The translations under genes were made by a program, and so were the position numbers. A stretch of 63,098 bases of DNA, the filler included. It is 3 parts of 3 records of this genome, joined end to end, with 100 filler letters (N's around TTAATTAATTAA, not from the genome) between each part and the next. Parts side by side here need not be neighbours in the genome. Positions count along the whole stretch, not along the records: positions 1 to 26,344 come from SRR31156797_11380; 2 more parts are not named here. One strand, written 5' to 3'. Numbering within the stretch: the stretch's first letter is position 1; each line of letters begins with the position of its first letter. The notes under the pieces were generated by a model that saw nothing but the letters and a program-made list of their open reading frames with translations, searched no databases and was not told the DNA's origin. Below are positions 1 to 12,100 of this stretch, in pieces.

Positions 1-1
1 T

Positions 2-904
2 ATGGATAGGGTATTCCTGGATGGACATGCAGAGGATAACCACGTAATCCATAGCCTCACCATAAACCAAAAATCCATCCTTCGGCGAAAAGGTCAACGC
101 ATCTTTTTTAACCGGGTGGTCCCCCTTAAAGCGGGAAAAAACCTTATCACCGTTAAGGCCGCGGATGCAGCCGGAAATATATCCACCCGGGAACTGGTTG
201 TCACCCGGCACATCCCCAAAGCCCTTCACCTGGCCGAACGTCTCAGTATGACGGTATTCCCTTTTGAGCAGAAGGGGAAGGTTCCGGAAGCAAGTCTTTC
301 ATTTCAGGAAAATTTGACGGATGCCCTGCTTGATCGAAAACGGTTCCGCCTCATTGAAAGAGAAAAGCTGGACCTGATCCTTCAAGAGCAGAAGCTCAGC
401 CGCTCCAAACTCATCGATAAAACCACCGCACTCAAGTTAGGCCGGCTGGCGGCCGCGCATACCATCGTCGCCGGAACCATCGTGGAATCCGGCATGGGTG
501 TTGAGATCATCGGCCGTGTCATTGACACCGAGACCTCTGAAATCCTGGCCAGTGAAGATGTTTACGATGAAATAAAGAATCTCCGGGGCTTGAAAAATCT
601 GGCCGAGGGCATGGCCATCCGGATACACCGCAAATTCCCCTTAGTGGACGGCACGGTCATCAAGCAAAGCGGCAAGTGGATCACTACGGACCTGGGGAGG
701 GAAAAAATCGGTCTTCAGCGGCGGCTGATCGTTTACCGGGAGGCGCCGGTGAAACATCCGGCCACCGGAAAAAACCTCGGATGGGACAACAAAATCCTGG
801 GACGGGCTCGAGTGGTTCAAGTCATGCCCGGTATGTCAAAAGCTGAGATTGTAGATGGTATTGCAACGTCAATGGCGCCGTTTGACAAGGTGATCAGCCA
901 GTAG
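2..904 (+). CDS. CsgG/HfaB-like (curli-assembly/TolB-N type) periplasmic protein, 5'-truncated by the window edge, with preceding Ig-like segment
   Basis: ORF with RFRLIEREKLDLILQEQKLS...TALKLGRLAAAHTIVAG...RVIDTETSEILAS, the typical CsgG-family pattern; N-terminal VPLKAGKNLITVKAADAAGN Ig-like strand. Confidence 0.75.
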   Translation: MDRVFLDGHAEDNHVIHSLTINQKSILRRKGQRIFFNRVVPLKAGKNLITVKAADAAGNISTRELVVTRHIPKALHLAERLSMTVFPFEQKGKVPEASLSFQENLTDALLDRKRFRLIEREKLDLILQEQKLSRSKLIDKTTALKLGRLAAAHTIVAGTIVESGMGVEIIGRVIDTETSEILASEDVYDEIKNLRGLKNLAEGMAIRIHRKFPLVDGTVIKQSGKWITTDLGREKIGLQRRLIVYREAPVKHPATGKNLGWDNKILGRARVVQVMPGMSKAEIVDGIATSMAPFDKVISQ

Positions 905-920
905 TGCAGGGAGAAGGGTG

Positions 921-3089
921 ATGGAGAAAGTCGCTCACGGACGGGAAATTCTACATATGGAGGTGGCCAGGGAAGGGAATCGCATCAAGCTCTGCGTCTA
1001 TGAAGAGGAACCGGGGCAGGTTACATCCATCCAGCAATATGAAGAGACGAACGTGAGCATGGAGCGCATCGACTCCCGCTGCCGAGAAATCATTGAGACC
1101 CTTAACAAAGTCAATGGCAGAGGTTTGGTTTCAAGGGAGAATTTAGCAAGGTTGCGGGAAATCGGGCAGATTTTCTCCGACGAACTGCTTACCCTGACTG
1201 TCAAGGAGAAACTGAGGGATTCCAGGGCGGAACATCTGGTCATGCATCTGGATGATCAATTGGTTCACGTCCCCTGGGAACTCCTTTTTGACGGCCGGCA
1301 CTTTCTCTGTCGAAGATTCGGCATGGGCCGTCTGGTGAAAACCCGGCAGACGGTGAGTAAAGGGATGGCCCGTGTTTTGGCCCGACCGCTGAAAATGCTG
1401 GTACTGGCCGATCCGAGAGGAGATCTGAAAGGCGCCTATAACGAAGGGATCTGGATTCGCGATACCATGGATCTGCACAAGGATTGGGTCAATGCCACCC
1501 TCCGTTCCGGAGATCTCACCCCGGATTTTATCAAACAAAAGATCCGGAATTTTGACTTGATTCATTTTGCGGGACACTCGGATTACGATCCCCGAAATCC
1601 GGCGGAAAGCGGGTGGCGCCTGAGCGGCGGCAGTCTCAAAGCCGCTGATGTGAAAAAAATGGCGGGCACGGGCCCCATGCCGGCCCTCATCTTCTCCAAT
1701 GCCTGCCAATCGGCCCGGACCGAAGAGTGGGGATTGAGGGAATCTTCCCAGGAAGAGATTTTCGGTTTGGCCAACGGGTTCCTCCTGTCCGGCGTAAAAC
1801 ATTTTGTGGGGACTTTCTGGGAAATACTGGATGAACCGAGCAGCCGTTTCGCCTCTGAGTTCTATAAGTGCTTCCTGTCCGGCATGACCATGGGTGAAGC
1901 CGTACGCGGTGCAAGGCATACCATCATTCAGGAATACGGCGAGGAGAATATGGTATGGGCAAGCTATCTCCTCTACGGCGACCCCACCTCAAACTACAGG
2001 GATCAGATTGAGGGAGGCACACCATGGGAAAGATTTGAACCTGTTTTTACAGACCCGCCGGGCGGAGCGCCTTCAAATGATATCCGCGGTCCCAGGCCCC
2101 ATGATGTTACCCAAGGGGAAAAGGGCCCAAAGAGGAGAAGCGGCTGGATGGCCCTTGCGGCAGGGATCCTTATGATTGCCGCCGTACTGCTTTGGGGATA
2201 CCCGGGATTCTTACTACTTGACACTGCAACATCCCGGCGTGAGGCGGCAGCCTATCACCGTCAGGGGGATTTCCATAAAGCCTTGAATGCCTGCCCGACC
2301 TTGGACCAGAGGGTTTCGGCGTTCAGGAAAGAAATAGAAAAGAGAGCCGACATGTCCCTTGATGGGGAAAAGCGGGCCCGCATCGACCGAATGATCCGGG
2401 AGTTGGTGGAAACCATGACGCCTGAGCCGCCATCGGATCAAAGGGATCATTGGACTTCAAAGCCCCTCACCTTATGGGTCACGGAATTCGGCATCCCCGG
2501 GCATTCCCAACAGGAAGGAAAAGAGAAGTTCCTGATGGCAGGCATTCAGGATCAATTGATTCAGCACGGCCGGGTGCGCGTGGTGGAACGGGCGCTTCTG
2601 GATAAACTCCTTGAGGAATTGAAGCTGGGCACCTCCCAACTGGCGGATAAAGGGACCATGCTTTCCCTGGGCCGAATTCTGGCGGCCCGGCTGGTTTTGG
2701 TGGGAAAGGCCATCTATTCGGGATCCCGGCTCCGGGTTTCCATGCGCCTGATCGAAACCGAAACCGGACGTATCGCGGCCGCGATCAACGAAACCTTCCT
2801 TGCGGCTGTTCCCGCTTCCACCTTATCTAAAAAATTGTCCGAAAACCTGTTAATCAAATTGAATGAAGCCTATCCCCTTCGGGGAAAGATTGTGAAAGTA
2901 AACGGTGATGAAGTTGAATTGAACATCGGGCATTTGGCCGGCATCCGGAAAGGCCGGCGATTCGGCGTTGTGGGTGAAGACGCGCGTCTGGAGGTCGTCT
3001 CCGAACAACCCGAAAGGGCCTTTGCCAGGGTCATTGGGGGAAATCCCCGGCTGACCGATGGCATGCGGGTTGAAGCAGCAAGTGACTGA
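921..3089 (+). CDS. CHAT-domain (caspase-like) protease with single TM helix and C-terminal CsgG-like domain
   Basis: LVHVPWELL, IHFAGH (catalytic His), FSNACQS (catalytic Cys), GLANGFLLSGV, WASYLLYGDP; TM WMALAAGILMIAAVLLWGY; C-terminal RVRVVERALLDKLLEELKLG...RLIETETGRI; RBS GGAG upstream. Confidence 0.85.
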   Translation: MEKVAHGREILHMEVAREGNRIKLCVYEEEPGQVTSIQQYEETNVSMERIDSRCREIIETLNKVNGRGLVSRENLARLREIGQIFSDELLTLTVKEKLRDSRAEHLVMHLDDQLVHVPWELLFDGRHFLCRRFGMGRLVKTRQTVSKGMARVLARPLKMLVLADPRGDLKGAYNEGIWIRDTMDLHKDWVNATLRSGDLTPDFIKQKIRNFDLIHFAGHSDYDPRNPAESGWRLSGGSLKAADVKKMAGTGPMPALIFSNACQSARTEEWGLRESSQEEIFGLANGFLLSGVKHFVGTFWEILDEPSSRFASEFYKCFLSGMTMGEAVRGARHTIIQEYGEENMVWASYLLYGDPTSNYRDQIEGGTPWERFEPVFTDPPGGAPSNDIRGPRPHDVTQGEKGPKRRSGWMALAAGILMIAAVLLWGYPGFLLLDTATSRREAAAYHRQGDFHKALNACPTLDQRVSAFRKEIEKRADMSLDGEKRARIDRMIRELVETMTPEPPSDQRDHWTSKPLTLWVTEFGIPGHSQQEGKEKFLMAGIQDQLIQHGRVRVVERALLDKLLEELKLGTSQLADKGTMLSLGRILAARLVLVGKAIYSGSRLRVSMRLIETETGRIAAAINETFLAAVPASTLSKKLSENLLIKLNEAYPLRGKIVKVNGDEVELNIGHLAGIRKGRRFGVVGEDARLEVVSEQPERAFARVIGGNPRLTDGMRVEAASD

Positions 3090-3132
3090 AATTCTGACAT
3101 TCCGTTTTATTGAGGGTGGAGGGATTAATAAA

Positions 3133-6100
3133 ATGCATAAAACAGGGGTGCCATATTTAAAACGACGTCTGATCCAAAACGTTTTTGCGGCTGTGGTATC
3201 GGTTTCCGTTTTTTTTACGGTCGTTCCTGGATCCCATGCCGATCTCAGTTCAGGGCTGATCGCTCACTACCCATTAAACGGCAATACCATTGATGAAACA
3301 TCAAATTATCCCGCGACTGCGTACAATGTCGAGTGGCAGTCCGGGAAATTGGGTGAGGCGGCCTATTTTGGCGGAGACAGGGAAACCGTTCAGTATATCG
3401 ATTGCGGCAATATTCCATTGCCTCCCCGGTTTACCGTTTCCGCCTGGGTGCAGTCCAACGGTTTCAACATCAATGGAGACAGCATGACCATAATGGAAAA
3501 GCGAAATTTTCCGTCCGGCATGGAAATTCTTCATTTTGGCATTGAATTAAACCGAAAAATCAAATGGGAACAAGGTTTTGGTTCTTCAGGGGTGGACTTC
3601 TACAGTGATGTTGAATTTCCCTTCGATGAAGATTGGCACCTTGTGGGCATAACCTATGATCAACAATTTCAGACAATCTATCTGGACGGGGTTGAGGTGG
3701 CACAGCAGGTTCAAAGCGCCCCTGTTCCATCTTATGATAGCCACCTTTATCTGGGAATCGAGGTGGACAATCATTTTCCACAAAGAATCTGGAACGGGCG
3801 CATCGATGACGTTCGAATTTATAACCGCGCACTTTCCTTGGCTGAAATTCAGGGACTCTATTCGGGTCTTTCCCCTTCCGGTCCAACGGTTACAACCGCT
3901 GTCGTATCTTCCATAACATCGAACAGTGCTTCAAGCGGCGGAAGCGTAACATCCGATGGTGGGGCCGCCGTGGAGGCCAGAGGCGTATGTTGGAGCACCT
4001 CGCCGAACCCCACCATCGAAAACAATAAAACAATGGATGGAAGTGGGACAGGCGCTTTTACCAGCGACATCAACGGATTGTCTCCCAGTACACAGTATTA
4101 CGTCAGAGGCTATGCAACGAATAGGGCCGGTACGGGGTACGGTGATCAAATCTCTTTTTTCACGGCCCCTGATATTCCGGCCAATGTGCGGGGAATACCT
4201 GGGAACCGATCGGTCACCCTCATGTGGGATGCCGATACGGAGTCCAACCTGGCCGGTTACAATGTGTATCGAAGTCAAGCTTTAAACGGCGTATATATGA
4301 AGCTGAATACATCTCCAATGGGCGGTTTGTATTACGACGATCCTGGATTAAGCAATTTCCTGGATTACTTCTACAAAGTTACGGCAATGGATACGAATGG
4401 CAACGAGAGCGGACAATCAGATCCCGTGAAAGTCGTTCCCTCAAGTCCAGGGCCGACAAACATTAGCGGGATTATCTCCCAAAACACCACCTGGACCCTG
4501 GCGGGAAATCCTTACATGGTAACCGAGAATATAATGGTGAATGAAGAGGTGACACTGACCATTGAACCTGGGGTAACAGTGAAGTTTGGCAACAATAAGG
4601 GGCTTCAAGTAAACGGCCAACTGATCGCCCGGGCAACCGGTGAAGAGCAGATTCTAATGACATCGAACCTGGCCTCACCGTCAGCAGGCGACTGGAATTA
4701 TATTTTTTTTACAGATTCGGCCATTGATGCAACCTTTGATATTGACGGTAATTATGTAAACGGATCCATAATCCAATATTGCATCATTGAATACGGAGGC
4801 GGGATTGACGGCGCATTGAAATGCCAAGACTCCTCCCCTTTTATCACGAATTCGATCATACGCCACAGCGCAGCGGACGGGCTATACCTGGCAGGTGATT
4901 CAAATACCTTTTCCGCCGTAATCCATAGCAACAGGATCTGTAATAATGGAAATGATGCGATACATCTATATGGATGGGGATGCAATGGAACTATTTTAAT
5001 AAATGATAACCAGCTGGAAAACAATGGCGGATGGGGATTTAACGGGTCTGATTGCTCCTATGTCAGTTTAGACATTACAAGCAATAAAATATCGCAAAAT
5101 AGCGGTGGCCTAACAATGTGGGCGCTCACTAAAAACACAATTTCAGGAAACTGCATAACCGGTAATCAGGGAAAAGCTATAAACGCACACGGTTCTGGAG
5201 AATTTTTCGTTAAAAACAACATCATATCCGAAAACATGACAGGCGTTAATTTTGGATGGAGCGGTAATTGGGTATTTGAAAATAATATCGTGTCGGATAA
5301 TTTATCGGAGGGTGTCCGTTTAACGGATTCCGATGGAACCTATAATATTATAATGAATCATATTATCAGGAATATATCCAATTCGACAACCGGATTATAT
5401 GATAAAACGGATGATTCAAACGGTAATATTGATTATAATACGTTCAATGGAAACATTTCTAATGAAAAAGATTCATCCACCATCAGTATGGTTAGCCCTT
5501 TCTCCTTCAATAACAACAATATATTTCAAAACATATCCAGTTTCGACCTCTATAATGATAGAAACGCAGGATCCCCTAAATTAAATGCAGAAAATAATTA
5601 TTGGGGAACATCTTCGGAAGTCGACGTAGCGGAAAAGATATACGATTGGCTGGATGATGCGTCTAAAGGCTTTGTTGATCACACTCCTTTCCTGACATCC
5701 CCCGACACGACCGCCCCCATCTCCCCTCCCGCAGATCTATCAGTTATAATCTCTCCCACCAGCATGACCCTCAATTGGAAGCCAAATCCCGAGTCCGATG
5801 TATCGGGATACAGGGTCTATTATGATACGGATCAATCTGGATTTCCGTATGCAAACGGAGTCGATATAGGCAATACCACCGGTTACACGATTGATGGCCT
5901 TGTTCAGGGCGTCACCTACCATGTTGCAGTGACGGCCTATGATTCCGATTACGATCCCGCAGACGACGATTCCGATACCATTGTTAACGAAAATCAGACC
6001 AATGGAAACGAAAGCTGGTACAGCAATGAAAAAACCGTTGAACCCACAAATCCTCCCGATATCCCTTCTTTGCCGGCGCCAGATAATGGCGCTTCCCATG

Positions 6101-9100
6101 TCTCCATTGTCACTGGGCTTTCTTGGACCGGCGGAGATCCGGATGCGGGAGACACCGTAACCTATGATATCTACTTCAGCATGTCAAATCCTCCCGCCTT
6201 GGTTTCGACCGGCCAGTCCTCCACCGCTTATGATCCCGGTTCGCTGTTAAACTGTACAACCTACTACTGGAAAATCGTTGCCACGGACAACCATGGCGCG
6301 CAAACCCAAGGTCCGATCTGGCGTTTCTCCACGGATGGGGATTCGGACTCGGACGGTATGTTGGACAGTTGGGAGTTTGATCGATTCGGAGATCTTTCCC
6401 ACGACGGTACCGTAGATTCCGATGGGGATGGACTGACGGACCGGGAGGAGTACGAGAACCTCACGGACCCCAGCGATTCGGACAGTGATGATGACGGCAT
6501 GCCCGACGGGTGGGAGGTGGAACATACCCTGAACCCGAATGAAAACGATGCGGGGGAAGATCCCGACCGCGATAAATTCACCAACGGGAGGGAATACCAG
6601 GATCGGACGGATCCCCAAGACGGATCCTCCCATCTTATTTTTCCGGTGGTAACGGGACGACTCCCCGATACGGGTCAAAAAAAATGCTACAATAATTCCG
6701 AGGAGATACCCTGTCCTGAGCCGGGAAATGATTTCTATGGCCAGGATGCCGGCTATACCATCAATCCACCTTCTTATATCAAAATGGATGCTCAGGGAAA
6801 TTATCTGCCGGACAATACTACGGAATGGGCGATGGTTCGGGACAATGTGACGGGATTGATCTGGGAGGTGAAGACCGATGACGGGTCGGTTCATGACAAG
6901 GACAAACAGTACACCTGGTATGACAGCAACCCTGCCACCAACGGCGGGAACGCCGGAACGCCGGGAGACGGAACGGACACGGAAGACTTCCTAAATACCC
7001 TGAATGCGGAAAGTTTCGGAGGGTATTCCGATTGGCGCCTTCCGACCATAAAGGAACTGGCTTCAATGGCAAATTTGGGGACGTTTGATCCAGCAGTAAA
7101 TAATGATTATTTCCCAAATACGGTGTCGTCCACCGATTCCCATTATTGGTCCTTTTCCACCAATGCCAGCAATTCTGCAAAGGCGTGGTATTTCCTTTTC
7201 TACTATGGCTACGATTACCGCAATTACTATGATAAGTCCCATTCTTATTATGTTCGTGCCGTGCGAGGTGGACAGGTTGGGTTATCTGACACTTTGACCG
7301 ATAATGGTGATGGTACCGTCACGGATAAATCGACAGGTCTTATGTGGCAGCAGTCTGGAACTGAGAGCATGAATTGGGAAACGGCTCTTTCTTATTGCGA
7401 TGAATTAACCCTTGCCGGCTACTCGGACTGGCGTCTTCCCAATTGTTCAGAATTGAGATCAATTGTCGATTACACCGTTTTCAACCCCTCAATAAACACC
7501 CAATATTTCCCTGATATGTTGTCTCTCAATTATTGGGCCTCTTCAAACTATGCAATTTCTGACAGCATGGCCTGGGGCGTCGATTTGGGTTTGGGCTATA
7601 GCAATCTCAGCACCAAAACTTATTCTTATTATGTAATTGCCGTTCGTGGCGGACAACTTCAATTTCCGGATCATTTATTGATCTTGAACCCTGTCCAGGC
7701 ATCCAACTGGAAAAAAGGGGATGCCATGTCCATTGAGTGGGATACCCGGAGCATTTCCGGAAATGTATCCATATCCATATCGCGCCAAGGCGGCAAAACG
7801 GGCACTTTCGAAACCATCGTTGAATCTACCGAAAACAATGGGTCGTACGAATGGATCGTAACGGGGCCCATATCCGCCAATTGCGCTTTGAAGATCGAAC
7901 CCCTGAACGACTCTTCTAAAAGCACAATCCAGAGCCTTTTCACCATCGCCTCCACCATACCTCCGTCAGCCACCATTTCCGGCGTTCCGACCAGCCCCAC
8001 CAACCAGACCTGCGCAACTTTCACCATCGGCGGTAATGCCATCACTTCCTACAAATATAAACTGGATGATGACGACTACGGAGATGAAACCCTTATCGCC
8101 CTGCAAATCACGCTTGCCGATCTGGCTGAGGGAACACATACCGTTTATGTTCTGGGAAAAGATGCCGTAGGCTACTGGCAAACCGACCCCACAACCGCCT
8201 TATGGACCGTGGATACCATCAAGCCGGGCACACCCGTTGTAACGGGTCCCGCCCAGACCGGCAACGGAAAGCCCACCTGGACCTGGATTTCCGGCGGCAA
8301 CGGCAACGGTACATTCCGCCACAAGTTAGACGATGCCGATCTCACAAGCGGGGCTTTTGAAACGACAAAAACCGAGTACACACCGGTTGACGCACTTTCC
8401 GAAGGATCTCACACTCTTTATGTACAGGAGCGGGATCAGGCCCTTAACTGGTCGGATTCAGGCAGTTTCACGATTCAGGTCGATTTACAGGCGCCAAATC
8501 CCCCTGCCGACCTGACATTGGCCCCGGAAGATGACAGCGGTATCAGCGACAGTGATTGCGTCACACGAAACACGACGGGCCTGACCATCACCGGATCTGG
8601 TGAAGTGGGTGCCACAGTGGAACTTTTCGATAATGGCGAAGCAATACCCGGTGCTTGGGCGACTGCTTCAGCCGGCGCTTTTGCCATCGACATATTGTTG
8701 GAAGCGGGTGAACATAGTATTACCGCCACCCAGAAGGATCCCGGGGGAAATGTCTCCGGCCCTTCAGCGCCCCTTCTTGTTACCGTGGATACCCAAAAGC
8801 CCTCCGCACCCACGGGACTCACCCTCTCCTCCGCAGATGACAGCGGGACGAGCAATAGCGACTCTATTACGCGGAACACCAGCGGTTTGACCATCACGGG
8901 CCACGGTGAAGAAGATTCCATTGTTAAAGTCTATGACAATGGTGGCGAGATTTCCGGCGCGGAGACAGCTGTATCGAATGGTTTTTTTAGTATCGATATT
9001 TCCCTTTCTTCAGGCAATCATAATATCACCGCCCGGCAGGGGGATGTGGCCGGAAATATTTCCGACAGCGGCACAGGTCTTTCCATATTGGTGGATCCGA

Positions 9101-12100
9101 CACCGCCGATGACCGCTGCAAACCCCGAGGGGAAGGCTTACGGGTCTGCACAGCAGGTTGTTCTGACCTGCAACGACGGCACGGGTTCCGGTTGTGACGG
9201 TACCTATTACACTTTAAATGGAGATGAACCGGATACGGCCGATCCAGAATACCATGGCCCCATCCCAGTCGGTACCGCTACCACCGTAAAGTTCTTTTCA
9301 AGGGATGTGGCCGGAAATTCGGAGGCCTTTAAGACGGAAACATACACAATTGATACCGTGGGACCCGAAATCACCATTACCAGCCCCCAAGACGGTTCGA
9401 GGAAAATCCCGGTCCTCGAAATAACCGGTAGAGCCATGGACGATTTGACGGATGTTACTCAGGTCTCGTTACTCCTTGATACGGAGATCGGTGGCAGCAC
9501 CTATTATATGAAGATGGATGGAGGACTTACATCAATTCCCGTATGGCATGGGGCCACAGGGACGGATCCGTGGCAATTGAATACGGAACAGGTGGGTTGG
9601 AGCGAAGAAAAAACCTACACCATTACGGTGCGCGCAATCGACGGTGCGGACAACCCATCGGAAAACAGTTTTTCCTTCACCTATGGCAACCCCAAGGAGA
9701 CATCCACCATCACCTGCTTACTTTCCGGTGAAAGCATAACCCTTGGTGAACCGTTGACGGTTACGGGGCAAATCAGCCCGCGGCCCGATCCCGGCGAAAC
9801 GGTGTTGGTCATCCTGAGTCCCGCCAGCGGCGGCCCTTCCGACGACGGCAGCACCATTACCAAGATCGATGGATCCTTTGAATATGCCGTACCTTGCGGA
9901 CTTCTTTACAAGGCAGACACCTGGGAAGTCCGGACCAGTTGGGGGGGTGACCATAAACTGGAACCGGCCAGCAGCGATACCAAGACCCTGACAGTTGAAA
10001 AGGCCCGATCCAGGGTCACCCTGGATGTCAGTTCCCATGCCGTAAAGCTGGGTGAAACATTTGATATTGCAGGTAAATTCACCCCTATACCCCATTGCGG
10101 CAGCGGCCTTTTTGATATTCCCTTAACCGTGATTGTATCCGGACCGGAGCTGAGGGAGGCAAAGGTCATCAACATTTCAACAATCGATCAATACGGTCAT
10201 TTCCTGGTTCGGGATTATGACGGCCTCAACGGCCTTGGCCAATGGACAATCCAGGTGAATTTCGCGGGGAACGATGCCTACGAACCCGCCGGGAGCGACT
10301 CCCTCAAGGTAAGCGTTCTTGAAACCGCCGGGTATGCCGTCATTGTAGAGGGAAAAGTTTCGAGCGAAGAAGGGTTGGCATCCCATAACAAAACCGCCAA
10401 TTTTGTTTATGAAAAAATGAAAAACAGGGGGCTCCTCCATGAGGATATCCAATATTTCAATTATAACGTAAATCAGGAAGGCGTTTCCGGCGTGCCCTCT
10501 AAAGCGGCCATCGGAAACGCCATTCAAAATTGGGCCAAGGAAAAAATGAACGCCAAGGCCGCCAATCTGTATATTATATTGCTGAACCACGGCCTGGATG
10601 AAAGATTTTTCATTTACCCGGATACCATTACCGCCACTGACCTTGCCGGATGGCTCAACACCCTTCAGGCCGGCCTGTGGGGGCAGGCGGCGGAACAGGA
10701 GATCATCGTGATGCTGGGATTTTGTCATTCCGGTTCCTTTATGGAGGATCTTTCCGGAAACAATCGGGTGATTATTGCCAGCGCTGCCGAAGATGAGGTT
10801 TCCTTCAAGGGGCCCCTTGACGAGGACGGTATTCGGGAAGGGGAATACTTTGTGGCGGCCTTTTTCAGGGAAGTCTCTTTCGGAAAGTCCATTAAGGAAT
10901 GTTTTGAAAATGCAACAAAGCTCACGGAAACCTTTACCCAGTGGGGACACAAAAAGGATGTAACCGCTCCCTACTTCGACCTTTCCCCCCAGCATCCGCT
11001 TCTGGATGATAACGGCGACGGCATGGGCAGCAATGACTTATCCCTTTCAGGCGCCGACGGTGCGCTGAGCGAAAACCTCTTCATCGGTGTCAGCGGCATC
11101 ACGGGCAACGATCCCGGAGATGTCATGGTGGACCGGGTGACCGAGACGAAATTTCTTGCCGCCGAAGGGGATTCCGCCTTGTTGTGGGCCACGGTGGACG
11201 ACCACAGCCGGCTGAGGAGTATCTGGGTGGAAGTCAAACCTCCCGGCTATGAACCGGCCGGCGGCGGTTCCGGCCAGGTGGAAATGGACCTGCTTAAAAA
11301 GGCGGGGGCCCTGAACGGCGACCGATATGAATGGAACATGGGCGGGTTTTCAAAGGCCGGCGCCTATCAGCTCTTTTATTTTGCCAAGGACGACCATACC
11401 GGACATGTCTCTCCCCTGAAGGAATCAAGGGTATACAAAGCCAAAGATGGAAACCGACCGCCCGCCCCTTTCTCCCTCATTGCCCCTGATAACGGAGCCA
11501 CCGTAAGGGATACCTTCATATTGGTATGGGAAGAAACCATGGATCCGGATGGAGATGCCCTGACCTACACGGTACTGGTGTCCAAAGATGACAGTGCCTT
11601 TGCCGATCCGATCCGAAAGGAGGGCCTGTTGTGGGGCGGTTGCTTCATGTCTCCTTCGGACGGCATAGAGGATCTGAGCCACTATTACTGGAAAGTCCTG
11701 GCCGTCGATTCATACGGGGCCGTAAGGGAATCAAACACAAGGGAGCTTTACACCAACAATACCAACCTCATCCCCGGCTGGCTGACCGGCAATGTTTACG
11801 ACACGGATACCGGGGAGCCCATGGAAAATGTGGACATTGTACTTTCAGGCGCCGGCAATTGCATCATATCCACGAGGTCCGGCGGCAATTACCTGTCTCA
11901 ACTGTATCCCGGCAATTATACCCTTACGATCCATGCGGACGGCTACAATCCCATGAGCCGCAGCATCTACATACCGGAAGGTCAAACCGTAACCTTGAAT
12001 ATCGGGCTCACCGCCACAGCGACGACAACAACAACCACAAGTACGACAACAACCACAAGTACGACGACCACCACGAGTTCAACCACCACAACAACAACCA

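Noticed and set aside
6800-7660. Complete diversity-generating retroelement
   Set aside because: No reverse transcriptase and no adenine-specific template repeat seen; the two DUF1566 copies differ at non-A positions too.
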